Source: Firmicutes bacterium UBA3738
GTDB lineage: Bacteria; Bacillota; Clostridia; Peptostreptococcales; Anaerovoracaceae
Length of the DNA stretch: 64,000 nucleotides
Reading direction: 5' to 3'
Assembly (NCBI GenBank): GCA_002372505.1
Contig: DFGY01000062.1
Coordinates: 28,322-92,321, forward strand
In this document: positions 9,141 through 18,529 of the stretch, piece by piece
Layout: every line of letters starts with the position of its first letter
How positions within the stretch are numbered: position 1 is the stretch's first letter
Position numbers and translations under genes: made by a program
The notes under the pieces: generated by a model
What the model saw: only the letters and a program-made list of their open reading frames with translations
The model's database searches: none
What the model was told of the DNA's origin: nothing

Positions 9141-9770
9141 TTACTTCGTGCCGTAGAGTCTGTCGCCTGCATCTCCCAGTCCGGGGACGATGTAAGCGTT
9201 CTCATTTAGGCGCTCGTCCTTGGCTGCTATGTAAATGTCGATGTCCGGGTGGGCTTCCTGCAGAGCCTGGATTCCTTCGGGAGCTGCAATGAGGCACATG
9301 AATGTAATGTTCTTGCCCCCCAGCTTCTTGATGAAGTCCACTGCTGCTACTGCACTGCCGCCGGTGGCCAGCATTGGGTCAACTACGAAGATTCTTCTGC
9401 TGGTCAGGTCCTCGGGCATCTTGCAGTAATAGTCGTGAGGCTCGTGAGTCACCGGGTCGCGGTAAAGGCCTACGTGGCCGACTTTCGCCGTGGGAATGAG
9501 CTCCAGCAGTCCTTCCACCAGTCCCAGGCCTGCTCTTAAGATCGGCACGATGGCGATGGATTTGCTGGGAAGCATCTTCACCGTAGTGGGACAAATGGGT
9601 GTCTCGATTTCCTTTTCTTCCAGATCCAGGTCTCGGAGGGCCTCATAGCCCATGAGGAGAGAAATCTCCTTAACGAGCTCGCGGAAATCCTTTGTGTTGG
9701 TTTCCTTCATTCTCAGCATTGCTGTCTTGTGCTGGATTAACGGGTGATCAGATACATATACTTTTCCCAT
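9141..9770 (-). CDS. upp: Uracil phosphoribosyltransferase
   Basis: [16 protein letters not shown]-terminus, PRPP-binding [12 protein letters not shown]-terminal [15 protein letters not shown]. Confidence 0.95.
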   Translation of the reverse strand: MGKVYVSDHPLIQHKTAMLRMKETNTKDFRELVKEISLLMGYEALRDLDLEEKEIETPICPTTVKMLPSKSIAIVPILRAGLGLVEGLLELIPTAKVGHVGLYRDPVTHEPHDYYCKMPEDLTSRRIFVVDPMLATGGSAVAAVDFIKKLGGKNITFMCLIAAPEGIQALQEAHPDIDIYIAAKDERLNENAYIVPGLGDAGDRLYGTK

Positions 9771-9791
9771 AAGTCTTCTCCTTCCTTGTGC

Positions 9792-10226
9792 CTACATTTC
9801 GTCGAGCATGTCAGTGCGGTTCTTGTGTCTTCCGCCTTCGAACTCAGTATTCAGCCAGGCTTCCAATATTTCAAGAGCCAGTGTGGTCTCTGTCAGGCGG
9901 CCGCCCAGAGCCAGCATGTTGGCGTTGTTGTGCTGCCGGGAAAGCTTGGCCATTTCCACGGAAGTGCACAGGGCGCACCTGATTCCTTTGACTTTGTTGG
10001 CGGCAATGGAAATGCCTATGCCGCTGCCGCAGACGACGATTCCCCGGTCAGCCTTGCCTGAGGCAACCATCTCCGCGCACTTTTTTCCAAAAAGGGGATA
10101 GTCAACGGACACGGGGGAATCCGTACCGCAGTCTATCACCTCCACATCTTTCGAAAACAAATAACCTATGATTATTTCCTTTAGTTCAAAGCCGCCATGA
10201 TCGCTGGCGACGGCTATTTTCTCCAT
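9792..10226 (-). CDS. rpiB: Ribose-5-phosphate isomerase B
   Basis: IAVASDHGGFELK and GIVVCGSGIGISIAANK motifs; 144 aa. Confidence 0.93.
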   Translation of the reverse strand: MEKIAVASDHGGFELKEIIIGYLFSKDVEVIDCGTDSPVSVDYPLFGKKCAEMVASGKADRGIVVCGSGIGISIAANKVKGIRCALCTSVEMAKLSRQHNNANMLALGGRLTETTLALEILEAWLNTEFEGGRHKNRTDMLDEM

Positions 10227-10272
10227 CTGTCGCTACTCTCTTTCGTTTACGGGGCACCTGCCGGCGCCCTAA

Positions 10273-11286
10273 TTATACCTTAGCAATATTGTATCCTGCG
10301 GACTTGAGCATGCGGTTCATTACCGCGAAGCCAACGCCGTTCACGTCGCTTAGGGCTCCTGCCAGAATGATGTCCACGCCCTGCTTGTCCATATCTCTTA
10401 ATTCCGCGAAGAAGCTGTGGGCCGCTTCGATGAAGTCCTGCTCTTCGAAGAATAGAATTCCTACTTTGTTGCCCAGCTTTTCGTTGAGGCCGCGGAGGCG
10501 GTTGATTTCCTTCTTTACTGCCTCGCGCTCACCTTCCACAATGAGCATCTCCGCCTTGGGGGCATAGTGCTTGTACTTCATTCCGGGGGACTTGGGCTTG
10601 AATTCGTCGCCACGCTCTTCCATGTCCCTCGGGTCCACGTTCAGTGTGGGGTCGTAGCCGACTTCCTTGCCGATGGCAGCTTCCACCTGCTCGGCTGTAA
10701 TGATTCCCGGTCTGAGAATCATGGGCTTTTCCGCGGACATGTCAAGAACCGTGGACTCGATGCCCACTCTGCAGTCGTCGCCTTTTAGAATGATGTCCAC
10801 CTTGCCGTTGAGGTCGTCGATTACGTCCTGAGCTCTCGTAGGGCTGGGCTTGCCGGAAAGGTTGGCGCTTGGGCCTGCCACGGGTACGCCGGATGCCTCT
10901 ATGAGGGCGCGGGCTACTTCGCTATCGGGAAGGCGCACGCCTACTGTGTCCAGGCCGCCTGTAGTCTCGTTGGGGACGCCTTCTTTGCGCTTCACGATTA
11001 TGGTAAGGGGGCCGGGCCAGAAGTTGTCGATTACGTTTACTATGTCGGCGCTGAGCATGGGGGTCAGCTGGCCGATGTCGGAAGCTCTGGCAATGTGGAC
11101 GATCATGGGATTGTCGCTGGGTCTGCCTTTGGCTTCGTAGACTTTCTTTACTGCCACGGGATCCAGTGCGTTGGCGCCCAGGCCGTAGACTGTCTCCGTG
11201 GGGAATGCAACGAGGCCGCCGTCAGCCAGGACCTTCGCCGCCAGTTCAATGTTTTCCTTGGTCGGTTCTAAAATTTTCGTTTCCAT
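10273..11286 (-). CDS. tsaC: L-threonylcarbamoyladenylate synthase (long Sua5/YwlC form)
   Basis: FPTETVYGLGANA motif and a C-terminal Sua5 domain. The ywlC-rpiB-upp neighbourhood is conserved in Firmicutes. Confidence 0.9.
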   Translation of the reverse strand: METKILEPTKENIELAAKVLADGGLVAFPTETVYGLGANALDPVAVKKVYEAKGRPSDNPMIVHIARASDIGQLTPMLSADIVNVIDNFWPGPLTIIVKRKEGVPNETTGGLDTVGVRLPDSEVARALIEASGVPVAGPSANLSGKPSPTRAQDVIDDLNGKVDIILKGDDCRVGIESTVLDMSAEKPMILRPGIITAEQVEAAIGKEVGYDPTLNVDPRDMEERGDEFKPKSPGMKYKHYAPKAEMLIVEGEREAVKKEINRLRGLNEKLGNKVGILFFEEQDFIEAAHSFFAELRDMDKQGVDIILAGALSDVNGVGFAVMNRMLKSAGYNIAKV

Positions 11287-11397
11287 TTTAAATCTTTCTC
11301 TTTGCTAAATAATTTTCCGATTGCGCTTCGTTCACGCATCGCTCCGAACATTATATCACAATTGGAACGCCATACAACTGCGAGAATAAAAAAGGGG

Positions 11398-12441
11398 TTA
11401 ATCCTTTGCCAGGTCATAGTACAGATCCGGGTCAGCGTACATTACGTGAGGCTCGAATCCTCTGGTGAGGTAGTGCTGGATTCGAGCGCGACGCAGGCTC
11501 AATTTAACTCTTTTATATTTATATTTAATTTCATCGATGGAGCCGCCTCGATATTTTTTTTCAATCTTCACCCTCCCCTTTGCGCTGCCGCTCTTATAGA
11601 ATTTATACTTGTATTTATCATCATAGTCTTTTACCGTCAGGTAAGGCATTTCAAAGGGATCCAGGTGGAGACTGTCCTTTACCTTGTATTTTCGATTGTA
11701 TTGCTGATTATATTTTTCATAACCGCCAAACTCGTAATCCTTATATTTCCCGTATCTATATATTTTGTTTTTCTTGACTTTGTATTTAAGCTTCACTGCT
11801 GCATACTTTAATGGCTTTTTGTTTTTTTCGCCGAAACGGTTCCTGTAACTTGTATTTGTAATTCTCGTAAGCCAGCCGCGCTTATTATACTTAGCCGTGC
11901 TTTTTAGCCACAACCTGCCTTTCCAATCGTAGTGACGCATTTCGGTCATTTTGCCTTTTTTGTACTTGAATGTATACCGCACGCCATCTACCAGATTTCG
12001 ATATTCCTTCAACCTGCCGGTCTTTGTGAATACATACCTTTCCTCAAGAATGTATTTCTTCTTGCTCTTGTTGTAGCTACCCTTTGTGACTGTTCTACCT
12101 TTGTTTGAGTAGGTAAATTTATCGGGGGATTTACCGGTTTCCTTCGCACGGGTAAGGCGTCTTTTCCCTCCGTAATAGTAATTAATTGTAATCTTGCCGA
12201 AAAAGTATTTAAACCGAATCAGTTCCCCGGTCTTCTTATATTTGAATTCACGTATTTTTTCAAACTTATCCTTCACGGAGCCCCTGTAGTACTCCTTTGT
12301 CATAACCACTCTGTACCCGGCGGACTTGGCCTGGGCCGTGTCCGCTATGCCGGGAATGCCCGCCGGCATGCCAAAAATCAGCGACATGGTAATCGCCGCC
12401 GCCATCACAATGGTGAGTAAACGTTTACTTGCTTTTCTCAT
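11398..12441 (-). CDS. Secreted, highly basic K/Y-rich beta-hairpin-repeat protein (paralog A)
   Basis: Signal peptide MRKASKRLLTIVMAAAITMSL. The ATG at 12441 with a GAGAGG RBS is preferred over the TTG at 12456. Recurrent xTGxL / YxKxG units (KKTGELIRF, TKTGRLKEY, NKRGWLTRI). Paralogous to 12506-13528. Confidence 0.75.
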   Translation of the reverse strand: MRKASKRLLTIVMAAAITMSLIFGMPAGIPGIADTAQAKSAGYRVVMTKEYYRGSVKDKFEKIREFKYKKTGELIRFKYFFGKITINYYYGGKRRLTRAKETGKSPDKFTYSNKGRTVTKGSYNKSKKKYILEERYVFTKTGRLKEYRNLVDGVRYTFKYKKGKMTEMRHYDWKGRLWLKSTAKYNKRGWLTRITNTSYRNRFGEKNKKPLKYAAVKLKYKVKKNKIYRYGKYKDYEFGGYEKYNQQYNRKYKVKDSLHLDPFEMPYLTVKDYDDKYKYKFYKSGSAKGRVKIEKKYRGGSIDEIKYKYKRVKLSLRRARIQHYLTRGFEPHVMYADPDLYYDLAKD

Positions 12442-12476
12442 ATCAATACCTCTCAACTATGTGCCTCTAACTAGTG

Positions 12477-12504
12477 AAACAAAAAGCCTGTCCCCGTGAA
12501 ACGC
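12477..12504. repeat. Dispersed 27-nt element, copy 5 (reverse orientation)
   Basis: AACAAAAAGCCTGTCCCCGTGAAACGC. Confidence 0.8.
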
Positions 12505-12505
12505 T

Positions 12506-13528
12506 TTACTCAGATGCCAGATGTTCGTACCACACCTCGTCGGTCATCATTATCGCTTCATCAAAGTAGCCTGTCAGGTAGTGCTGGATGCGGGCTCTGC
12601 GGTCGCTCATCTTCACTTTCTTGTATTTGTATTTAATCTCATTGTAAAAGCTTTTTCCATCGTAGCTTTTCACACTCTTTACAAGTCCGCGGAAAGCGCC
12701 ATGTTTGTAGAATTTGTATTTGTATCTCATATCGCCATCTTTCACCGGCAGGTATGGCATTTCAAACGGGTCGGTGTAGAGATTTCCTCTTACCTTGTAC
12801 TTCTTGCGATATTTTGTGGTTACTTTATAGGTGCCGCCCTCGCTATATTCCTTATACTTGCCGTATCGATACACATACTTTTTACCGATCTTGTATGTGA
12901 ATCTGGCCGACACTTCTTTCCTTGGCTTCTTGAACTTTGTTCCACCAAAGAACCTGTAATAGGTATTGCTAAGCTTTGTGAGCCAGCCGCGCTTGTTGTA
13001 TTTTGCTCTATTTTTCAGCCACAGCTTGCCTTTCCTATCATAATGGCGCATCTCCACCAATCTGCCTTTTTTGTATCTGAGCACATATCTCTCGCCACCT
13101 ACCACATCATGATATTCCTTCACCCTGCCGGTCTTTGTGAATTTATATTTTTCAACAATACGGAATTTTTTATCGTGCTTATAGTAATATCCGCACTTTA
13201 CAGTTCTGCCGCCACCTGAATAGAAGAATTTTGTATCGGGAATGCCTGCATCTTTCAGCCTGATGATACGTCTCTTTTCCCCATAATAGTATTTGATTAT
13301 TTCTTTCGACACATAGTCATAGTCACGAAACCAGGTCAGCTCGCCTGTCTTCTTGTACTTTCTCACATACTTTTTATAAAATTTTCCCCTTGGCGTATCC
13401 CTTTTATATTCGTGGGTAACCAGGAATCTGGTCTTCTCGGACTTGGCTGCCGCCTTTTCCCCGAAAACCCCGGGCACGGTTATTGCCAGAGCCATTGCCA
13501 GTATTACCAATATGATTCTTACTTTCAT
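12506..13528 (-). CDS. Secreted, highly basic K/Y-rich beta-hairpin-repeat protein (paralog B)
   Basis: Signal peptide MKVRIILVILAMALAITVPG. Colinear similarity to 11398-12441 (YKKTGEL, YYYGxKRR, FTKTGRxKEY, MRHYDxKGxLWLK, KYNKRGWLT, DPFEMPYL, RRARIQHYLT). Its ATG overlaps the upstream stop (ATGA at 13525-13528). Confidence 0.8.
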   Translation of the reverse strand: MKVRIILVILAMALAITVPGVFGEKAAAKSEKTRFLVTHEYKRDTPRGKFYKKYVRKYKKTGELTWFRDYDYVSKEIIKYYYGEKRRIIRLKDAGIPDTKFFYSGGGRTVKCGYYYKHDKKFRIVEKYKFTKTGRVKEYHDVVGGERYVLRYKKGRLVEMRHYDRKGKLWLKNRAKYNKRGWLTKLSNTYYRFFGGTKFKKPRKEVSARFTYKIGKKYVYRYGKYKEYSEGGTYKVTTKYRKKYKVRGNLYTDPFEMPYLPVKDGDMRYKYKFYKHGAFRGLVKSVKSYDGKSFYNEIKYKYKKVKMSDRRARIQHYLTGYFDEAIMMTDEVWYEHLASE

Positions 13529-14508
13529 TTTCTCACCACCACCTTACACCAGCCTATGAACATGGGCGTCTCATCTTCCACTTGGTCGAATACACCGATA
13601 TATCTTGTGCCCGTTGCAATAGCCTCTATTATACCGGTCCACTCGCCATCTTCTTCTTCGAATCTGAGAACTGTGTCATCATTTGAACCATCGCCAAGCA
13701 ATAGGCTCGGGTCATTTTTATATTCATCCAGCTCCGCCTTCGTTTCACATATGACTGTGTAGATATACGTTCCGCTAATAAGATAGTCAAATATATCCAG
13801 ATAATCATAATCCTCGTCACCTAACTTTAGCTTTTCCGTCTTGCCATTGGCCTCGAACTCCGGGGGGATCACTTTGATTCTGAGATAACCTAAGTGCCTG
13901 GTCTCTTTCTTGTATATTTCCTTTACGGCAACTTTGACTGTGCCGACTGTCCTGGCTACGATAATTGTGCCCCCGGCAGTGACTGTCAGGCGGCTTTTGT
14001 CCATGGAAGTGAATACGTACCTGGCCTTGGGTAGTTTGTTCTTAATGTAGAAATCGAGATTGTCGCTCTCAGGATTACGCGCTCTATATATTTCAATCGT
14101 GTCTTTATCCAGGGTGGCATTTAAAACTCTGATTGTGAGAATGGCCTTTCTGGTCTTGCCCTTGTAGCGCTCCTTTATTGTAATCTTCGCCCTGCCGGCT
14201 CTGACGCCGCGTATTACGCCCTTCTTGCTTACCGTCGCAACTTTTTTGTTGCCGGACCTGTAGGTGTATTTCGCTTTGGAATGGTAATATCTGATGGCGT
14301 ATATGGCGCTGGTCTTTTCATCCCGTAGAAGTGTGTCGACCTTGTAATCCAGCTTGAGGGTGCGGGTTTTTGACTTGGCCAGGGCCGTGTCCGCCTGGCC
14401 GGGAATGCCCGCTATGCCGGGAGTGCCCGCCGGCATGCCAAAAATCAGCGACATGGTAATCGCCGCCGCCATCAAAATGGTGAGTAAACGTTTACTTGCT
14501 TTTCTCAT
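13525..14508 (-). CDS. Secreted protein with Big_2-like domains
   Basis: Signal peptide almost identical to that of 11398-12441. ATVSKKGVIRGVRAGRAKITI-type Big_2 signature. The ATG at 14508 is preferred over the TTG at 14523. Confidence 0.75.
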   Translation of the reverse strand: MRKASKRLLTILMAAAITMSLIFGMPAGTPGIAGIPGQADTALAKSKTRTLKLDYKVDTLLRDEKTSAIYAIRYYHSKAKYTYRSGNKKVATVSKKGVIRGVRAGRAKITIKERYKGKTRKAILTIRVLNATLDKDTIEIYRARNPESDNLDFYIKNKLPKARYVFTSMDKSRLTVTAGGTIIVARTVGTVKVAVKEIYKKETRHLGYLRIKVIPPEFEANGKTEKLKLGDEDYDYLDIFDYLISGTYIYTVICETKAELDEYKNDPSLLLGDGSNDDTVLRFEEEDGEWTGIIEAIATGTRYIGVFDQVEDETPMFIGWCKVVVRK

Positions 14509-14544
14509 ATCAATACCTCTCAACTATGTGCCTCGAACTAGTGA

Positions 14545-14570
14545 AACAAAAAGCCTGTCCCCGTGAAACG
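14545..14570. repeat. Dispersed 27-nt element, copy 6
   Basis: AACAAAAAGCCTGTCCCCGTGAAACG, part of the duplicated leader. Confidence 0.8.
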
Positions 14571-14642
14571 GGTTATTCCGTTGCCAGGTGACAGGGGGGA
14601 CGGCTCTTGTCACCATTTGCTAATTTCTATCATCCCCATAAC

Positions 14643-15665
14643 TTATATCGCTGCAAAGTCCTGCACCCAGTAGCAAGCACCTTTATGCATGTATCCGGCT
14701 ATTCCCACGCAGTTGAATTCTTTGTTAAGCATGTTACGCCTGTGACCCTGACCGTCAAATGATTCATTGGTCTCTTTCCAGTCCTCCGTGGCTTCATTTA
14801 TATCAGTCTGCCAGGCCGCAATATTTTCACCCATGGCATAGCATCCACCCGGAAATGCGCTAAAGCAACTTCCGCCATCCGGTCTCGTGTGGCTGAATTT
14901 CGTTGCAATCTCTTTTGCGCGAATGCGCGCCGTTTTTTCAAGGGCCACATTTTTGGCGAGGGGCTGAAGAGTAACTTCCCCCGCTTTATTGAATGAAATT
15001 TTGTTTTTGTTATCTTTGGCCCAGAACCATACCCCGGGACTGGTTCTGAAATTATTAAGTGAATCGTAACCGGCCGATACATCTATAAATCCGTTTACAA
15101 ACAACTTGCATTGTACCGACTGTCCACGGTTTTTTGCTGTAATAGTCACAATGCCCGGTTTCTTTGCAGTGATTGTGCCGTTCGATACTGTCGCAACTTC
15201 GTTATCGCTTGACTTCCAGATAACCGTGCCAACAGCGTTTTTTATTCTAATAGCCTTCGGCTTGCCATTTTCCATGGTCAGTTCACTTTTCTCCAGCTTT
15301 ATTCTCTTAATGGTAATGGACTTTACAGCACTGAATTTACCTTTCTTTTTTCCGTTTACTGCACGAACCTTAAACTGCGTCTTTACATCGTATTCAACCG
15401 TTGAAGATAGAACCCTCTTTGACTTCGGCAGTGTTTTTATGAGCTTCCACTTTGCGCTTCCGGACTTTCTGTATACCTGATACTTCTTCACATTCTTCGA
15501 AAGCTTCTTCCATGTGACTTTAACCTTATTGGTGCTCACGCACTTGACCGTCTGGATCTTAACCTTGCCGGGCTTCTTTACCGCCGCTGACGCTTCTCCC
15601 GGAATGAGCAAGCCCGCGCACAGTACCATAGATAGCATTAGTGACACTATTATTCTTCTTTTCAT
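14643..15665 (-). CDS. Secreted CAP/SCP (YkwD-like) domain protein with N-terminal Fn3-like and Big_2 domains
   Basis: Signal peptide. KVKVTWKKLSKNVKKYQVYRK (Fn3-like). ATVSNGTITAKKPGIVTI (Big_2). C-terminal HTRPDG...GENIAAW...GHRRNMLN...VGIAGY (CAP). Confidence 0.8.
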   Translation of the reverse strand: MKRRIIVSLMLSMVLCAGLLIPGEASAAVKKPGKVKIQTVKCVSTNKVKVTWKKLSKNVKKYQVYRKSGSAKWKLIKTLPKSKRVLSSTVEYDVKTQFKVRAVNGKKKGKFSAVKSITIKRIKLEKSELTMENGKPKAIRIKNAVGTVIWKSSDNEVATVSNGTITAKKPGIVTITAKNRGQSVQCKLFVNGFIDVSAGYDSLNNFRTSPGVWFWAKDNKNKISFNKAGEVTLQPLAKNVALEKTARIRAKEIATKFSHTRPDGGSCFSAFPGGCYAMGENIAAWQTDINEATEDWKETNESFDGQGHRRNMLNKEFNCVGIAGYMHKGACYWVQDFAAI

Positions 15666-16175
15666 AGATGATCTCCTCCCGCTTCGCTATTTAGGAACTA
15701 CTATAACTAGCTTTTCAATTAATGTAATTATAACTTATAAACATCTCCTTGTCATTCAAATGGAATACTTATCCCTTTGACGAGGATGTGGGAGTATGTG
15801 ACTTCGATATACGGCATTTTTACGAAAAATTCTATTGGATAGCATGCCTGACGGCAATCCGTATTCAGCTTTCTTTGCTTCTTATTATTTTTTCACTTCT
15901 TTTATTGCTGAAGAAATTGTGAAAATTGTTTTAACGTTTTTGGGTTTCGCACCGCAAACCAGTCTGATTCCAAACATGGTTGTTCACTTCAATTCCCTGT
16001 GGTCGTTGAAAGTACTTTCACTCCTCATACCTTATTGTATTTGTTGAAAGTTTTTTCAGCAACAGCTGCCACTAAACTTTATTCTTGCAATATCGGACTG
16101 GTAAATTAGCTTCGCAGACTCAGTAAAATGTTGAAATCTTTTTTACACAATGCCTCATATCTCCATTTGTGAAAC

Positions 16176-16430
16176 CTAATTACAGAATCGCTTGTTTTGA
16201 TATGAATATAAAAAGATGACAGGGGGGCCTGTCATCTGGATTCCTTCGCCGTCTGTAGTTACTGTCTCAGTTGTTTTAACACCGAGTTTCAATTCTTTTG
16301 CCACATCCTTATCCACGGCACTGACCTTACAAGTACTAAACATCAATATCAGTACCAACAAACCAACAAGTGCCATTATTGGCATCATATTCTTCATCTT
16401 ATCTAACGTTATTGCTTTAATGTAATTCAT
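16176..16430 (-). CDS. Small hypothetical membrane/secreted protein (84 aa)
   Basis: Strong RBS GGAAGGAG before the ATG at 16430 and a hydrophobic N-terminal segment. A perfect terminator hairpin (16215-16236) lies inside the 3' end, so the real product may be shorter or the ORF may be untranslated past that point. Confidence 0.45.
   Translation of the reverse strand: MNYIKAITLDKMKNMMPIMALVGLLVLILMFSTCKVSAVDKDVAKELKLGVKTTETVTTDGEGIQMTGPPVIFLYSYQNKRFCN
16210..16236 (-). terminator. Rho-independent terminator ending the 16.9-16.2 kb transcription unit
   Basis: GATGACAGG-GGGG-CCTGTCATC, a perfect 9-bp stem, followed on the minus strand by TTTTT. Confidence 0.7.
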
Positions 16431-16491
16431 AGTAGGTCTCCTTCCATATTCAATTCTCCGTTATTTCTATCTTCTGGCAAACCCATAGCCG

Positions 16492-16914
16492 TCAGAGCTT
16501 TTTTATTTGTCTTGTCTCATTCTGAAAGTCGATCTCGGCCCCCTCTTCAGCTACTGCCAGTTTTATGAACAGCTTTTCTTTTTTGCCGATTTTAATATCG
16601 TGCACATGATGGTACAATTCCATCAGCGTCCTTTCCCACATAGCAAAGGAAGCATGCTCTAAATAGCTCTTGTTCCTTATTTTCATGATAATATTGCCAT
16701 TAGTCTCCATTTCAGCCTTTTCTCCGACCGCCATGATGCCCAGTGCTTTTTTCCCTTCACCCACCGATAATCCGGTATTCCCGGTTGCTTCATCCATGAG
16801 CCATCTGCCCGCTTCTTCAGAGTCGGTAAACTCTCTCCATTTTTCTTCATCTGCGCCATTCATTATTACCTTAAGAGTTTCGGTGACTTTTACTGTTCCT
16901 GTTTTTTCGCTCAT
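16492..16914 (-). CDS. Hypothetical protein (140 aa)
   Basis: ATG at 16914. Preceded by the shared operator plus an extended -10 (TGTATAAT). No recognisable motif. Confidence 0.65.
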   Translation of the reverse strand: MSEKTGTVKVTETLKVIMNGADEEKWREFTDSEEAGRWLMDEATGNTGLSVGEGKKALGIMAVGEKAEMETNGNIIMKIRNKSYLEHASFAMWERTLMELYHHVHDIKIGKKEKLFIKLAVAEEGAEIDFQNETRQIKKL

Positions 16915-16978
16915 ATTATTTTTCCTTTCTTGTTGCTATTGGATCATCTTTTCTATGATTGAATTATACAAATACAAA

Positions 16979-16995
16979 GCTCAATTTTTTGAGCA
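16979..16995. promoter_or_regulatory. Operator palindrome site 1 (GCTCAA-N4-TTGAGCA), 10 nt upstream of a TATAAT facing the 140-aa gene
   Basis: Minus strand reads TGCTCAAAAAATTGAGC-TTTGTATTTG-TATAAT. About 35 nt are shared with site 3. Confidence 0.7.
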
Positions 16996-16996
16996 T

Positions 16997-18526
16997 TTAC
17001 CGGTTATTCGTTTTTTCTTTCAGATATTTCCGCACGATTTCTACATCCTCCGGCAATGCAGGGCGATTGTATTTCTGCACCATCTGCCTGATGCAATATG
17101 CCCCTCTTTCGCGCCCGAATTCGATGGTATATTCACGCCCATCTATGTCCCAGTGAAAAATTGCTATTTTGTCATTACGCACTTTGCTCCTATAGTTAAA
17201 CACACAATTGTGTTGTCTTTCTCCTTCATCATATAGTGCAGGCGTACTGTCGATCATTTTGAAGTCGTCAGGCAGCAGCTCTTTCAGTTCAAGAAACTTG
17301 CTGTCTTCTGCCAGCAAGGGCTGTTTGAACTCTGCTTCATTTATCTGAGCATAGCGAACCATCTGATCCCTTGCAGCGTCATGGGCATTTTCCAGAGCAC
17401 GTGGCCTGGTTTTTCGGAGAGAGATGAGTTCTCCCGTATCTATACAAAGCTCTCCGTAGTCTCTTGCAATGAATTCGAACCTTTTGAATATTCTTTTCGG
17501 TATATCTTCAGCTGTCTCGAACAATCTGTTAGCATAATATCGTACTAAAAAATCTGACAAAGCCCACTTGATCATTACAGGGTCTGAAAAGTTCTTCACA
17601 CCGGCGCCAATCCATTCCATGAATTCATCCTTCGGAATCGATAGAAGCAATCCCCAGTCAGCCGGCTTTATGAATTCAGCAACCTTCGTCACATACCAGG
17701 AATAATTCATGTTTTTTCTGTTGTAGTTGATCATTAAAGGCTGTTCTGATTCGCCTCTGATCAGTTCATCCGGCGTTCTGTATTTACATGCGTCGTGAAT
17801 CTTGATGGGGTTTGCGAAGTAGTGGTCACTTCTTATTGTCCTTGCAACATCTTTAAGTATCTTCTTTTCTTCGCCCAACATCATAAAGATGTCGGCCAGC
17901 ACATTTCTGAAACTTTCATTGCGCATGAGCAACCTGTTGAGAAATGAAGTGAATCTGAAATAGTAAAAAGTGTTATTGAATCCACTCCAGTACAGTTCAC
18001 CATCCTCTCTTAAATGCATGTTCAATACTGGTCTGTACGTTGTCTTGACTTTCATGGCCGGCTTACCATATGTGCTGCGAAATTCAATCCCTGTTATGGG
18101 ATGGAATACAAGCGTTATGTAATCCATATAGCCGGAAGGCATCTTTTTCTTTTTCAGAGCTACAAGCATATCAAGTTCTAACATCTTCTTTTTTTCCACT
18201 GACTCATCGTAATAATTCATGTATATGTTGTGTGGTGCTCCGGCTTTTTTGAAAAAATCACTTTCCAGACTTGTCCAATAGTCATAATACCAGTCCCATC
18301 TTTCAGTATTGTAAAAGTAGTCGACATTGCTTTTGCGACCGCCGAATACATATTTCGAATCATGATGGTCATAGTATCTTGACACTATTTCTTTTACTGT
18401 ATTTATATCCATTTCAGCGCTCACTTTCTCTTTGATCTTTACTATCGGATTCTTTCTTGTTCTTACTGTCTGTCTCTTTGTCCTGATCCAATATGTCCAG
18501 GATGTCGCCACATGGGGTTTCTCCAT
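16997..18526 (-). CDS. PcfJ-like domain protein (509 aa)
   Basis: The C-terminal DEGERQHNCVFNYRSKVRNDKIAIFHWDIDGREYTIEF resembles the PcfJ-family C-terminal motif (EG..xHCV..Y...G...I). This is a recognition-level call. Starts 3 nt after the upstream stop. Confidence 0.55.
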   Translation of the reverse strand: MEKPHVATSWTYWIRTKRQTVRTRKNPIVKIKEKVSAEMDINTVKEIVSRYYDHHDSKYVFGGRKSNVDYFYNTERWDWYYDYWTSLESDFFKKAGAPHNIYMNYYDESVEKKKMLELDMLVALKKKKMPSGYMDYITLVFHPITGIEFRSTYGKPAMKVKTTYRPVLNMHLREDGELYWSGFNNTFYYFRFTSFLNRLLMRNESFRNVLADIFMMLGEEKKILKDVARTIRSDHYFANPIKIHDACKYRTPDELIRGESEQPLMINYNRKNMNYSWYVTKVAEFIKPADWGLLLSIPKDEFMEWIGAGVKNFSDPVMIKWALSDFLVRYYANRLFETAEDIPKRIFKRFEFIARDYGELCIDTGELISLRKTRPRALENAHDAARDQMVRYAQINEAEFKQPLLAEDSKFLELKELLPDDFKMIDSTPALYDEGERQHNCVFNYRSKVRNDKIAIFHWDIDGREYTIEFGRERGAYCIRQMVQKYNRPALPEDVEIVRKYLKEKTNNR

Positions 18527-18529
18527 ATA

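Noticed and set aside
15666-16175. A left-hand att copy for the 16-27.6 kb island
   Set aside because: I looked for the tRNA-Pro core (CCTGCGGCCACCTGACCCCCAGTCAGG) and the terminator-flank sequence here and found neither. The left boundary of the island is undefined from this window.
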